From: Octopus bimaculoides
Taxonomy: Eukaryota
NCBI RefSeq assembly: GCF_001194135.2
Contig: NC_068983.1
Span: forward strand, 34,052,752 to 34,101,055
Reading direction: 5' to 3'
Length of the DNA: 48,304 nt
Part shown: positions 22,872-35,745 of the stretch, one piece after another
Position numbering within the stretch: the first letter of the stretch is position 1
Layout of the letters: every line of letters begins with the position of its first letter
Program-made: the position numbers and the translations under genes
The notes under the pieces: model-generated
Seen by the model: the letters and a program-made list of their open reading frames with translations, nothing else
Told to the model about the DNA's origin: nothing
The model's database searches: none

Positions 22872-23283
22872 TATAACCTATTGAATTTTTGTTGCTTTTC
22901 TTCAAATTTTATTCACCAAATCTCTTGATTTTGTTTTTGGTTTTTACCCTACCAAATTCTGGTGCCTCAGACATTGTAAGTACCACATTTAATCTTTTGA
23001 TTAAATCTATATTATATATATATATATNNNNNNNNNNNNNNNNNNNNNNNNNNNNNNNNNNNNNNNNNNNNNNNNNNNNNNNNNNNNNNNNNNNNNNNNN
23101 NNNNNNNNNNNNNNNNNNNNNNNNNNNNNNNNNNNNNNNNNNNNNNNNNNNNNNNNNNNNNNNNNNNNNNNNNNNNNNNNNNNNNNNNNNNNNNNNNNNN
23201 NNNNNNNNNNNNNNNNNNNNNNNNNNNNNTATATATATATATACATACATATATATTTGTGGGTATGGGTGTGAGCATGTGTA

Positions 23284-23330
<47 letters not shown>

Positions 23331-23511
23331 AAGAGAGAGTGGGTATGTACGTGTGTGTATGTATGCATATCTTTCCGTGCATAGCATTAGATTCGTCTCC
23401 CATCAACACCTAACAACCAGGGTTGGTGTATTAGCCTATTCGTAACTTCTGCAGAACCGACCGATAGAATAAGTAGAAGGCTTAAAATAAAACGAATGCT
23501 GGGATCAATTT

Positions 23512-23723
23512 CTTTGCTATTCTAGGCACAACCCAAAATGTTTGGGGAGGGGACCAGTCGATTAGATCGACACAAATACGCAACTGGTACCTAATTTATC
23601 GATCCCGAAGGGATGAAATGCACAGTCGACCTCCGCAGAATTTTAACTCAGAACTTAAAGACAGACAAAACACCGCTAAGCATTTCTCCCGGCGTGCTAA
23701 CGTTTCTGCCAGTTCGCCGCCTT
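23512..23723 (-). mobile_element. SINE family A inserted into a family B tail with a 14-bp TSD
   Basis: gctgggatcaattt (23498-23511) and gctggaatcaattt (23724-23737) flank a full family A copy. Confidence 0.85.
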
Positions 23724-24515
23724 GCTGGAATCAATTTGTTCCACTAAACCCTTCAAGATAAGAAAATAAAAGATGTGTGTGTGTGTGTGTTCTTTTCTCT
23801 GTTTTTCTATTTCTGTCTCATATGCTTTCTTTCTCTGTCAACTTCAAAATACAAACGTATGCTAATTACATCTGTTGATGTTTCGTTGTCGGCTGCTTTC
23901 CGATAGCCGATGTCTGTACATGCTCTTCAACTAACTTATTCAACGTATACTTCCGTCCTCGAAGAGGGAAGGTTACGATCTTGTTACTGTGATATATCCC
24001 TACTATATAAGAGCGCCCTCATCGGTACTATTATAGATACCATGTTTTTTAAGGAAATAATTGCCAACAAATTTGTTGCTAATTGCTTTTCTTTGTAAAT
24101 GTTGCTGTAATTGTTTTGTTGTTAATTACGTGTTAATAATGTTGCTATACTGTTACTGATTATGTCAATTTAGTAATTTTTGCGGCGAATGTTTTTCTTT
24201 CATTTTTTATTGTTGTCTTTTAAACTTTAGAAAGGAGGGAATGTCTAATTACGCATTTCACTTTTATTTTTTTACATGCTTCATTCGTTGGACTCTGGCC
24301 ATGCTGGGGCATCGTCTGGAAGAGTTTAGACGAAAATATTGAGCCCAGTACTTACTTTAAAGTCAAGTGTTAATTCCATCGGTTTCCTTGGTTGAACTAT
24401 TAAGTTACGGGCACGTGAACGAACCAACACCGGTAGTCAAACATTGAGTCGGAGACAAACAAAATATAAACACAATGACACGTGCACACACAAACGTACA
24501 CATACATATGTGTGC

Positions 24516-24578
<63 letters not shown>

Positions 24579-25916
24579 NNNNNNNNNNNNNNNNNNNNNN
24601 NNNNNNNNNNNNNNNNNNNNNNNNNNNNNNNNNNNNNNNNNNNNNNNNNNNNNNNNNNNNNNNNNNNNNNNNNNNNNNNNNNNNNNNNNNNNNNNNNNNN
24701 NNNNNNNNNNNNNNNNNNNNNNNNNNNNNNNNNNNNNNNNNNNNNNNNNNNNNNNNNNNNNNNNNNNNNNNNNNNNNNNNNNNNNNNNNNNNNNNNNNNN
24801 NNNNNNNNNNNNNNNNNNNNNNNNNNNNNNNNNNNNNNNNNNNNNNNNNNNNNNNNNNNNNNNNNNNNNNNNNNNNNNNNNNNNNNNNNNNNNNNNNNNN
24901 NNNNNNNNNNNNNNNNNNNNNNNNNNNNNNNNNNNNNNNNNNNNNNNNNNNNNNNNNNNNNNNNNNNNNNNNNNNNNNNNNNNNNNNNNNNNNNNNNNNN
25001 NNNNNNNNNNNNNNNNNNNNNNNNNNNNNNNNNNNNNNNNNNNNNNNNNNNNNNNNNNNNNNNNNNNNNNNNNNNNNNNNNNNNNNNNNNNNNNNNNNNN
25101 NNNNNNNNNNNNNNNNNNNNNNNNNNNNNNNNNNNNNNNNNNNNNNNNNNNNNNNNNNNNNNNNNNNNNNNNNNNNNNNNNNNNNNNNNNNNNNNNNNNN
25201 NNNNNNNNNNNNNNNNNNNNNNNNNNNNNNNNNNNNNNNNNNNNNNNNNNNNNNNNNNNNNNNNNNNNNNNNNNNNNNNNNNNNNNNNNNNNNNNNNNNN
25301 NNNNNNNNNNNNNNNNNNNNNNNNNNNNNNNNNNNNNNNNNNNNNNNNNNNNNNNNNNNNNNNNNNNNNNNNNNNNNNNNNNNNNNNNNNNNNNNNNNNN
25401 NNNNNNNNNNNNNNNNNNNNNNNNNNNNNTATATACACATACATACATGAATACATAATACATACATACATACATACATACATAAACGATGAGTATATAG
25501 GGATAAATAACCCTAACCCAGGCGGATACTATATGATCCCAAAGATGTAGTCCGGGAAGCGGCTAACAAGTAATAAAAAGCATCAAGGATCGTATAATGT
25601 TAGCAATTCCACCGTAATTCTTCTGTTGTCTAAAGCAGAGTTCGCGTCGCTGAATGATGAATATATTCGTGAATGTAAATCCAAAACAATTACATAGAAT
25701 ACACAGACTAGTACATGATCAATGGTTTCTTTTAATTTTACAACATAATTAATTAGTTGAAATGACTGACGCGTGTTTCTGCTGCACAGAGTATGTGCAG
25801 TTATGTATACTACTTGCAATATTCTACTATGCAACTACATTCAGGGTCATTCCACAAGTGTTGTCCGAAGAAAAGTCTGAAAATGTACCAGTCTCCGTAT
25901 TCTTTCTAATTTTTTG

Positions 25917-26368
<452 letters not shown>

Positions 26369-27199
26369 GGGTGTATTATAGTTACGAATTGGCAGCTATG
26401 ACTAGCTCCTCTTGAAAACAGGTGACAATCTCAAGTTTCAATTATTTTCTAAACTGAAATTTTGTTAAGGAAAGAGATAGGCTAATTGCCTGAAGAGGCG
26501 TGTTTGTGGCTCAATAACCTTCGTCAGACATTGCTTTTTCTTATTTTCGGTAGCAAAGTACTTAGACCAATACGAAACTGAGTAGGATGGTCTTCTACAC
26601 AATTTAAGTCTAACAAATGTATTCACAGGGTATTGATCGGTTCGTGGCCTTACAGAAAAAAACTTGCTCGAGTTAGCGCGCAATGGGCCTAAACCCCCGA
26701 AACCATGTGATTGCAAAGTGAGTTTCTTGACCAGAAAGCCATACATGCACCTATGTGACTGTTCATGAAAGTTTTCACAACCGCTAAAACTGATCAGTGC
26801 AAATTAGGAATTTATCTTAAAATGAGAGGCATTGCTTCGTTGTCCAATAAACTTAATTCAACTGAATGGAAAGGCACCGAAAGACCAGGTGAAGGGATTA
26901 AACAAGAGACTATGTCTTCCATCCAACTGCTCAAAGCAAAAGGGTTGCGATGATTACCACAAGGCATCACCTCCAACGCTCTAACTGTTCTGCCAAATCT
27001 ACAACGCTTGACTGTCAAGACCCCGAAATGATATAGGGATGTTTTCCTCGCTGCTATTTGAACCAAGACCACTGACAGTCGGAATAAAAAGTTCAAGGCA
27101 TTTAGTCCGATGTAGTAATGACTGAAGGCAGCGTGCTGGCAGAAACGTAAAAATGTCAGGCAAACTGATTAACGGCAATTTTCTTTTCATCAAAATGCC

Positions 27200-27470
27200 C
27201 TGCCCTATTTAACATTGTCCCGAAGCAGATCAAAGAACAAAAAGATCCCTTCAGCTTTAAACGGAATCTGGACAAATTTCTTCAAGGAATACCAGATAAA
27301 CCACCTATATATTGATACAACTCGCTCAACAAGAACTCCCTACTCGAAAGAACCAAAATACCACAAAACGTAACTCGAAAAGGATTTAGATAATCCTACC
27401 AGATGGTGCTATTAAGTTATACATGGCCTGGACCAATCTTTGGTCGAAACATATCTAAGTTAATTCCCCG
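27200..27470 (+). mobile_element. CR1-type LINE 3' end fragment
   Basis: Colinear with 16035-16285 (tttaaacggaatctggacaaatttcttcaaggaataccagataa). Confidence 0.9.
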
Positions 27471-28521
27471 TTTTTTTTTTNNNNNNNNNNTTGGTCGAAA
27501 CATATCTAAGTTAATTCCCCGTTTTTTTTTTTTTTGCCTTTGCTACCAATAACTTTTGGTGGGGTAAAACAGACAAAAGACAAAATGTCTTGCATGGCAA
27601 TGTAGAGCAGTACAAGTCGATGCAGGGCAGTGCAGGATGGTGGAGTGAAGTGCAGGACGGTAAAGAATGATGCAATGCAGAATAGTGTGGTCTGCTGTGG
27701 TGCGGTGCGGGGCAGTATTGTAGTGTGTAGTATGATGCTGCATTACATAATGAGAACCAAAAAGTTGAGGGACAGCAGGGGTCGTTAATAGATCGGGTGA
27801 GAATGGGAGGAATCATTTCGATATTGTTGTGGCTAGAACTGTTTGAAGGCAGTAACAATGACGATGACGATGAAGACGACATTGATGATGACGATGATGA
27901 TGACGATGATGATGTTGGTGGTGATGATCAAGAGGAAGCGGATCTAATACTGATAGTGGTAGTAGTGGTTGTAGTAGTAACATTATCGGTGATGGTAGCA
28001 GGAGTGGTAAAAGTAATGATGATGGGACAGTAGTGGGTGTAGTGACAGCTGCAGTAAAAGCGTTGGTCGTGGTAGATATAGCAGTGATGGTTACACTGGG
28101 GCTGCTAGGGACTGGGGTAGTGGTACTATGGTGGTGGTGGTAGTGTTAGTGGTACAATGGTGGTGGTCATGGTAGTGTTAGTGGTACGATAGTGGTGGTC
28201 GTGTTAGCGGTGGTAGTTGTAGTGGGGGTAGTAGTGCTGGTGTTAGTAGTGGTGGTAGTGGGTGCTGGTCTCAGCGCTGCGGCTATAGTTTCGGATGCAG
28301 TACAATGCTTATTTCTGCTGCTGCTGCGCTGCAGTTCCTATTGAGATGATGATGNNNNNNNNNNNNNNNNNNNNNNNNNNNNNNNNNNNNNNNNNNNNNN
28401 NNNNNNNNNNNNNNNNNNNNNNNNNNNNNNNNNNNNNNNNNNNNNNNNNNNNNNGGTGGTAGTAGAGTAGCATTACTATTACCAGTATTAGTGGTAATAG
28501 TGATGGTAATTGTTGTTGTTT

Positions 28522-28574
<53 letters not shown>

Positions 28575-28683
28575 ATAGTGAGGGTATCGATACGCAGATC
28601 GGCGACAAACGTAATAGTTGCTGTAACAATGATGGTAAAGGTGTTGGCAGTGCTTCACTTGCAAAAGCTCTTTGTAGTGGTTA

Positions 28684-28720
<37 letters not shown>

Positions 28721-29993
28721 GGTGGTGGTGTCGACAGTGGTAGAAGAGGGGGAATATTTTGCATGCATCAAAATTAATTTAGTGCAGAAGATTGTCGATG
28801 CAGTCCCTCTTGTCCACGTTCGTCGTGAAGATCAGCATCACTTTCCGACCCATGCAACCGGAAAAGTCCTCATTCTCTTGCCAATAACAAAACACTTCCA
28901 CCAAGAAAGAAGCGATTAAGTATGGCAAGTCTTCATTAAATTCGAAGTGCAAACCGTTAAACCAAGTAATGTGCAGTTCCCGCAGCTCTCACAAATGCAT
29001 TTCAGCTGCGGCAGACCTTCGAGATAGACACTACTTTTCATTATCTCTGATCCACAACTATGCCTAGAGAATTTGGAAAAATACATACAGAAGACAAATA
29101 GCAGGCGCCACCATAGTCCTTCAGAAAAATCAACTGTGACTTTGTTACCACGTTATGTCCTTGCCATAAACATCCCATTACCAAGCTAAAAGCAGGGTTT
29201 TGGAATTATTACAAGAGAATCGTTAGGTGTCCAAATTCTAAGGCAACTTAAGTACACGGTTATAGACAAAAAAAAAAGTAAATAGCAGTACCGAATGACA
29301 AACTTAGTACCTGAGGCTGGAAAAGAATTAATTTTGCTTGTGGTGCCTTCCTCGAGTGTCGCAGTGAAAACTCGGCGTAAAACTACGACTAAATAATAAA
29401 AAAAAAAACGCTTAACATAGGCGCAAGAAAACAAATTCAAGATGTGTTAATTGTCTAAATCGACACAACACTTTATTGGTACGTTGCTTTATTGATCTCG
29501 AAAGAATAAGAGGTAAAGTAGAAGTTGGCATGAGCTGAACTCAAAACGTAATCAGTCGGAATAAATACAGTGTTAGCGAATCATAAGTATTATCAAATAT
29601 TTTAGCAAAAACACAATGCCTAATATTTTGGGGAAGCTTATAGTTGCTGAATATCGCTGGAGAAAAATTAAAACGAGCAGTCGACCCTGGAGGATTTGGT
29701 AATTGGTAAGTAAAGAGGCATAACAGAAGACTATAAATCATTTAGGCGATCGATATTCAAACCACACTGGCAATCTAACGTCCTTAAAATTACTGATGAC
29801 CTTGCAGATATAATAATGACAGTAATTTTTGGTAGTGTCTGTAAGTGCTGTAATGATAGCAGTGCTCTGATTGATAATGATAAATGATGATGTATAGATG
29901 ACAATGATGACGACGACAACGACGGCGTCATCGATGATGATGATGTTGATGATGAGGTCGACGTTGATGAAAACGATTGACTTTGACAATGAC

Positions 29994-30083
29994 GACGAAG
30001 ACAGTTATGACGAAGATGACTACGATGAGGACAGCTATGACGAAGATGACTATGACGAAGCCTGTTATAACGAAGATGTCTAA
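29994..30083 (+). repeat. 15-bp minisatellite (6 units) reading DEDSY-DEDDY-DEDSY-DEDDY-DEACY-NEDV*
   Basis: Units gacgaagacagttat, gacgaagatgactac, gatgaggacagctat, gacgaagatgactat, gacgaagcctgttat, aacgaagatgtctaa. Confidence 0.85.
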
Positions 30084-30408
30084 CACTGCTACAATGAAGG
30101 CGATGACGGCGAGAAAAAGGTGAAGGATATGGTAATCGATATTGTCATGATGATTGTGATGGCTTCTTTTATTTTATGGGCAGGGTAGTAAATTGGCAGA
30201 ACCATTAATGGGTAGGAAAATGTGCTACTTGCAGCACGTGTTTAGGCTGTGAGCTCGAATTTCACCGATGCCAGCTTTGCTTTTATCCTCCAGAGGATGA
30301 GGGAATATAGTATATAATATCGGAGTCAATATATTGGACTGGAATTCTTGCTTCAAAATTGCTAGTCCTGCGTCTAGATTAGAAAGAAATATTGCGATAG
30401 TAGTAGTA

Positions 30409-30464
<56 letters not shown>

Positions 30465-31340
30465 GGTGGTGGTGGTGGTTTTGGTGGTGGTAGCAACATT
30501 TGCAGAAGTAGTTAGAGTAAGAGGTACAAGTCAAGTGGTGGTGGTTGTTGTCGTCTAAGTACCCAGGGTTTTGACGGTCATATATACAGACCCATATTCT
30601 TGCATACATGACATGCACACACACACACATGTGTATGTGTTTGTGTGTATGTGTGTTTATGTATATGTAGGTAGATATATTGATACACACACACACATAA
30701 TTTCAAAAGTTTATTGTTTGTTTATTAACCATGAGTTCGATAAAATATGGTCTGTTTCGTCCGAAGACCTTGTCAGTGACTGAATTAATTACGCGTACAC
30801 AGATCTAAGTCGAAAGATATATAAAGAGAAGAAAATATAAAGAGAAGTGTATGTTGGTGATGGAGAAGTTGGAAACGTGAACAATGTAGTAAATGGAAAA
30901 CGCGGGGAAACTGCATATAATTGTTTGTGGTGCTGGTGATATATGCATCTCTATACATGTATATCATTGTCATGGACATGTCTTTAAACTGCATCCATTA
31001 ATGAGGCGGTGATTTGAGAGTTCCAAAGTTTTGAGGAGTATACAGCTATCTCTTAACCACTGTTGTTCCCGGTTATACTCTGACCCGGAGTAGTAGCAAC
31101 TGTCTGGGTCCAAACTATGGATTAATTAGCATATTTGGGTTTGCCTACCTCGCCACGTGAAGACTGAATCCATTGAACTGTACGGAAAAAAAATGAAAGA
31201 TTCATGGTTCAACGATTCATTGTTCAACGAGACTGGATTCGAGATGGTTACACACAAGATGATGTGCAACTATTAACCATGTGCAACTATTCTTCACTTC
31301 AAAGTCACTGCTTTGATGAACGAAAACATATATGTATATC

Positions 31341-31658
31341 GTGAAGGTGCGTACCTAAGTGGTTAGAATATTCGGCTGAAGATCGTAAGGTCGTGAGTTC
31401 GATACCTTACGACGCAATGCGCCTTTCAGCAAGGCACTTTATTTCCAGTTGTTCCAGTCCACTCAACTGGCAAATATGTGTAGCATCAGTATTTCAAAAG
31501 GCTAGCCTTGTAACATCATTGTGTGTCACGCTGAATCTCCCTGAGAACCGCGTTAAGGGTGCATGTGTCTGTGGAGTGCTCAGCCATAATTTCATAAGCT
31601 GGTTATTCCTTTGATCGAATCAGCTGGAATCGTCGTCGTCGCAGCTGACGGAGTGTCA
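31341..31658 (+). mobile_element. SINE family C (head type 1 + tail X)
   Basis: gtggttag A box, gagttcgatacc B box, tail gtgtcacgctgaatctccctgagaac...gtggagtgctcagcca...gacggagtg. Confidence 0.85.
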
Positions 31659-32234
31659 GTATATGTTTATCCGCTTTATGCACGTCTGTATCTCCTGGCG
31701 TTGTGTCAACGCCTGGTTTATTTAATTCACTTCTGTTTTTATTCCTTTGTATTTTTGTTCATCTATTTAATCTAGTTTTTATCTCTTATAATTTTGGCTG
31801 CTTTATCTTCCCTTATTGTTTTGTTTCAATACTTTTATTTATTTTGTCACACACTTCTGGGTGTACGGGTTCTCCCCTGTGAGCGTGTGTGTATGTGTAT
31901 GCGCGCGTGTTGGTATGTATTTGTATGCATATATGCGTCTATGAATATGTATGTGGGTGTTTACGATGTCTAAAATAGCTCTGAATGCGCGTACGCGAAT
32001 GTGTGAGAGAGATTGCTAGCAGTAACCACATCCACCATTATCTCTCAACAGTTCCTTTACTACCACCGACCTTTGCATTTCCGCCTCCCGAACCAAGACA
32101 AGATGAAGGACCACATAGATATAATGATGATGTGGAGGAGGACGAAGAGAAGAAAAATAAAGCAAGGAGAAGAAGAAAGGAAAACGAACAAAGAAAGAAG
32201 AGAGGAACCATGAGAGGATCCAATCTATGTAACT

Positions 32235-32440
32235 GTTTCAATTTTGGGCGCAAAGCCAGCAATTTGAGGAGGAATGAGTTACTTGTCCAGTACTTAACTG
32301 GTACATTATTTTATCGATTCCAAAAGGATACAGGGAAAATTTGACGTCAGCGCGGTATTTGAACATGAAGCGTAAAGTGCCGAATGAAATTTCGTGAAGC
32401 ATTTTGTCCGGTGCTCTAACGATTTTATTATGCCAACTTG
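32235..32440 (-). mobile_element. SINE family A, degenerate
   Basis: aactggtacattattttatcgattccaaaaggat and gcattttgtccggtgctctaacgatt match the family A reverse complement. Confidence 0.7.
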
Positions 32441-33049
32441 ATGCTAAGCAGTCAATTATGCTATGAATATATTATCGAAAACGTACTCGATAATTTGAAA
32501 TAGATATCAAAGATGATGAGGAGGATGAGGAGGGGAGAAGCAGTAGCAGCAGAGGGAGGGAGGGAGGGAGGGAGAGGAGGATGTGAAAGAGGTGTGGGGA
32601 GGAGGAAGAGAACGACGACAACGATGACAACGACAACGATGACNNNNNNNNNNNNNNNNNNNNNNNNNNNNNNNNNNNNNNNNNNNNNNNNNNNNNNNNN
32701 NNNNNNNNNNNNNNNNNNNNNNNNNNNNNNNNNNNNNNNNNNNNNNNNNNNNNNNNNNNNNNNNNNNNNNNNNNNNNNNNNNNNNNNNNNNNNNNNNNNN
32801 NNNNNNNNNNNNNNNNNNNNNNNNNNNNNNNNNNNNNNNNNNNNNNNNNNNNNNNNNNNNNNNNNNNNNNNNNNNNNNNNNNNNNNNNNNNNNNNNNNNN
32901 NNNNNNNNNNNNNNNNNNNNNNNNNNNNNNNNNNNNNNNNNNNNNNNNNNNNAGCAGTAGCAGCAGAGGGAGGGAGGGAGGGAGGGAGAGGAGGATGTGA
33001 AAGAGGTGTGGGGAGGAGGAAGAGAACGACGACAACGATGACAACGACA

Positions 33050-33086
<37 letters not shown>

Positions 33087-33564
33087 TGTAGGCTCCTTCA
33101 GTTTCGATAATATGCATTCAGTCCATCAATTAACTGCGCTGCTGCCTGTTTAGTGACTCCACAAGTAAGTAATTGAGTTTCCTTCAAACACCTGCGCCTT
33201 TGATGTAATTCTCAGGCCTACTCAGCCTAGCGTCAAGTAACAAGGCAACACCTTTGATATACAAATAAATGGGCTTCCACACGTTTTCCTTGTATACCAT
33301 TCTATTCAAAAATCTTGAGTGCCTTCGAGATTATTGTAGTAAAATAGTTCCTAAAATGCCATGAAGTGGAATAGAACGCAGTACATCGTGATTATAATGT
33401 AAATATATTAACAATACATGCTTTCGTATATTAAGTTATAGCATGTTATGAACTATATAAAAATAAAGTCCCAGTTGGGCACTGGGATCATCTAAATGAA
33501 GATTCCCCACCTCCACTTTCCCCAAATTTCAGGCCCTGTGCTTATTTCAGAAAAAAGTTTTGAA

Positions 33565-35185
33565 CTATAGGCGCAGGTGTGGGTGTGTAGTAGAAAGTTT
33601 GCTTCCCAACCACATGGTTCCTGTTTCAGTAACATTGCGTGGCAAATTGTACAGATGTCTTCTACTATAGCATCGGGACGACCAAAGCCTTGTGAGTAGG
33701 TTTGGTAGGCAAAAACTGAAAGAAACATGATGCATATATATATANNNNNNNNNNNNNNNNNNNNNNNNNNNNNNNNNNNNNNNNNNNNNNNNNNNNNNNN
33801 NNNNNNNNNNNNNNNNNNNNNNNNNNNNNNNNNNNNNNNNNNNNNNNNNNNNNNNNNNNNNNNNNNNNNNNNNNNNNNNNNNNNNNNNNNNNNNNNNNNN
33901 NNNNNNNNNNNNNNNNNNNNNNNNNNNNNNNNNNNNNNNNNNNNNNNNNNNNNNNNNNNNNNNNNNNNNNNNNNNNNNNNNNNNNNNNNNNNNNNNNNNN
34001 NNNNNNNNNNNNNNNNNNNNNNNNNNNNNNNNNNNNNNNNNNNNNNNNNNNNNNNNNNNNNNNNNNNNNNNNNNNNNNNNNNNNNNNNNNNNNNNNNNNN
34101 NNNNNNNNNNNNNNNNNNNNNNNNNNNNNNNNNNNNNNNNNNNNNNNNNNNNNNNNNNNNNNNNNNNNNNNNNNNNNNNNNNNNNNNNNNNNNNNNNNNN
34201 NNNNNNNNNNNNNNNNNNNNNNNNNNNNNNNNNNNNNNNNNNNNNNNNNNNNNNNNNNNNNNNNNNNNNNNNNNNNNNNNNNNNNNNNNNNNNNNNNNNN
34301 NNNNNNNNNNNNNNNNNNNNNNNNNNNCGAAATGCTTAGCGGTATTTCGTCTGCCGTTACGTTCTGAGTTCAAATTCCGCCGAAGTCGACTTTGCCTTTC
34401 ATCCTTTCGGGGTCGATAAATTAAGTACCAGTTACGCACTGGTGTTGATGTAATCGACTTAATTCCTTTGTCTGTCCTTGTTTGTCCCCTCTATGTTTAG
34501 CCCCTTGTGGGCAATAAAGAAATAAGAATTATTAGCACGCCGGGCGAAATGCTTAGCGACTTTGCCTTTCATCCTTTCGAGGTCGATAAATTAAGTACCA
34601 GTTTCGTACTGGGATCGATCTAATCGACTGGCCCCCTCCCTAAAAATTTCGGGCCTTTGTCTAGAATAGTAAAGAGAGGCAACTCCGAACGAATAAAGTC
34701 GTAGCTTATATTTTACTCAGTCAACAAGTGGAGTGATTTTGCGCTCCTGTAATCTCGAAACGACTCAAGATTTTTTAATGTAATTGTGTAAATAGAAAAT
34801 GTGTGGAAGCCCATTTATTTGTATATCACAGCTTTTTACCATAAGAAAGATTTGTTTCTCCACAGTAACTGCAGTTTATTTGCCTTTTAGCAGTTGAAAC
34901 ATGTGACAAACATATTTCAACTAGCCTAAATTCTGCTGAAATGTATGTATGTATGTATGTATGTATGCATGTATGTATATATGTGTCTTCGTGCCTGCTT
35001 GTTCCCCCACCATTGCTTAACAACCAATGTTGGTGTGCTTACGTCTCCGTTATCTAGCGGTTCGACAAATAGACTGACAGCATAAGTACTAGGCTTACAA
35101 AGAATAAGTCCCGGGGTCGATTGCTTCGATTATAACTCTTTAAGGTGATGCTCCAGCCTGGCTTCAGTCGAATGGCTGAAAAATT
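33565..35185 (+). mobile_element. SINE family B head (33565-33730) and tail (34980-35185) bracketing a gap and two family A copies (34328-34530, 34535-34670)
   Basis: Family B head and tail motifs are in the same orientation; the intervening family A copies are near-perfect (gcctttcatcctttcggggtcgataaattaagtacc). Confidence 0.7.
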
Positions 35186-35745
35186 AAAAGAAAAAAATAC
35201 TTGTTTTGAAATTGGTGTAATTTATAATTCAATGTACCTCATCAAAAGAAAATATTAAAAAAAATTTTTTCATCGCCTTTAGAAGGAAAGAGAGGATTGT
35301 ATTGGTTTGGTTTCCAACGTAGTTGGATCGACTCGGTATCCACGCTTATCCATGACTTGAGATATAACTTAAAGTTGCTTATTATCTCTGCATATCACTC
35401 CTTCACTAAATCAGCAGATTTGTAAAAATAACGCTTTCACTGGCCTCGTAGTCAAATATTAAATTGTTGATGCAGCATGTGTTTAATACTTTAACAGTTG
35501 TTGCTGCTGTTTTTATTATTATTGTCACTGTCAACGTCATCGTTGCTATTGTTAATTAAAACTAGGTTGGCCTGAATCAAGCACAACTACAATCAAACTG
35601 ATTCCTGGTTTTATTATCCTAAATATTAATGGTTGTCTAAAACTACATTACCCGATATTTCCGTCCTATTTTAAGACTGTAAAGTGTAATTTGGAGGAGA
35701 TCTGCTTTTTCTCTTCTTTTTTAGTGATCAAACGATCATGTATAT

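Larger units (their letters stand above)
22184..22906. mobile_element. Inverted-repeat element (arms 22184-22415 and 22642-22906), each arm carrying a hammerhead motif; probably Penelope pLTR-derived
   Basis: The arms are near-identical reverse complements apart from a ~30-nt insertion in the right arm; the spacer is 22416-22641. Confidence 0.8.

Noticed and set aside
25508-25519. taaccctaaccc telomere-like hexamers
   Set aside because: Only two units; expected by chance.
27427-27450. gacca-atctt-tggtc-gaaac stem-loop at the CR1 3' end resembling hammerhead stem II + GAAAC
   Set aside because: The upstream CUGANGA is absent (only cctg); it is more likely the LINE 3' recognition hairpin.
27441-27535. 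Direct duplication around a 10-N gap (also 6513-6544)
   Set aside because: Identical sequence on both sides of a tiny gap indicates unmerged overlapping contig ends.
31985-32344. 119-aa ORF with acidic/basic low-complexity middle
   Set aside because: It is built from purine-rich simple repeats plus the antisense of a family A SINE.
32539-33060. ~100-bp direct repeat flanking gap 32644-32952
   Set aside because: The identical copies abut the gap; most likely an assembly overlap artefact, though a collapsed tandem repeat cannot be excluded.
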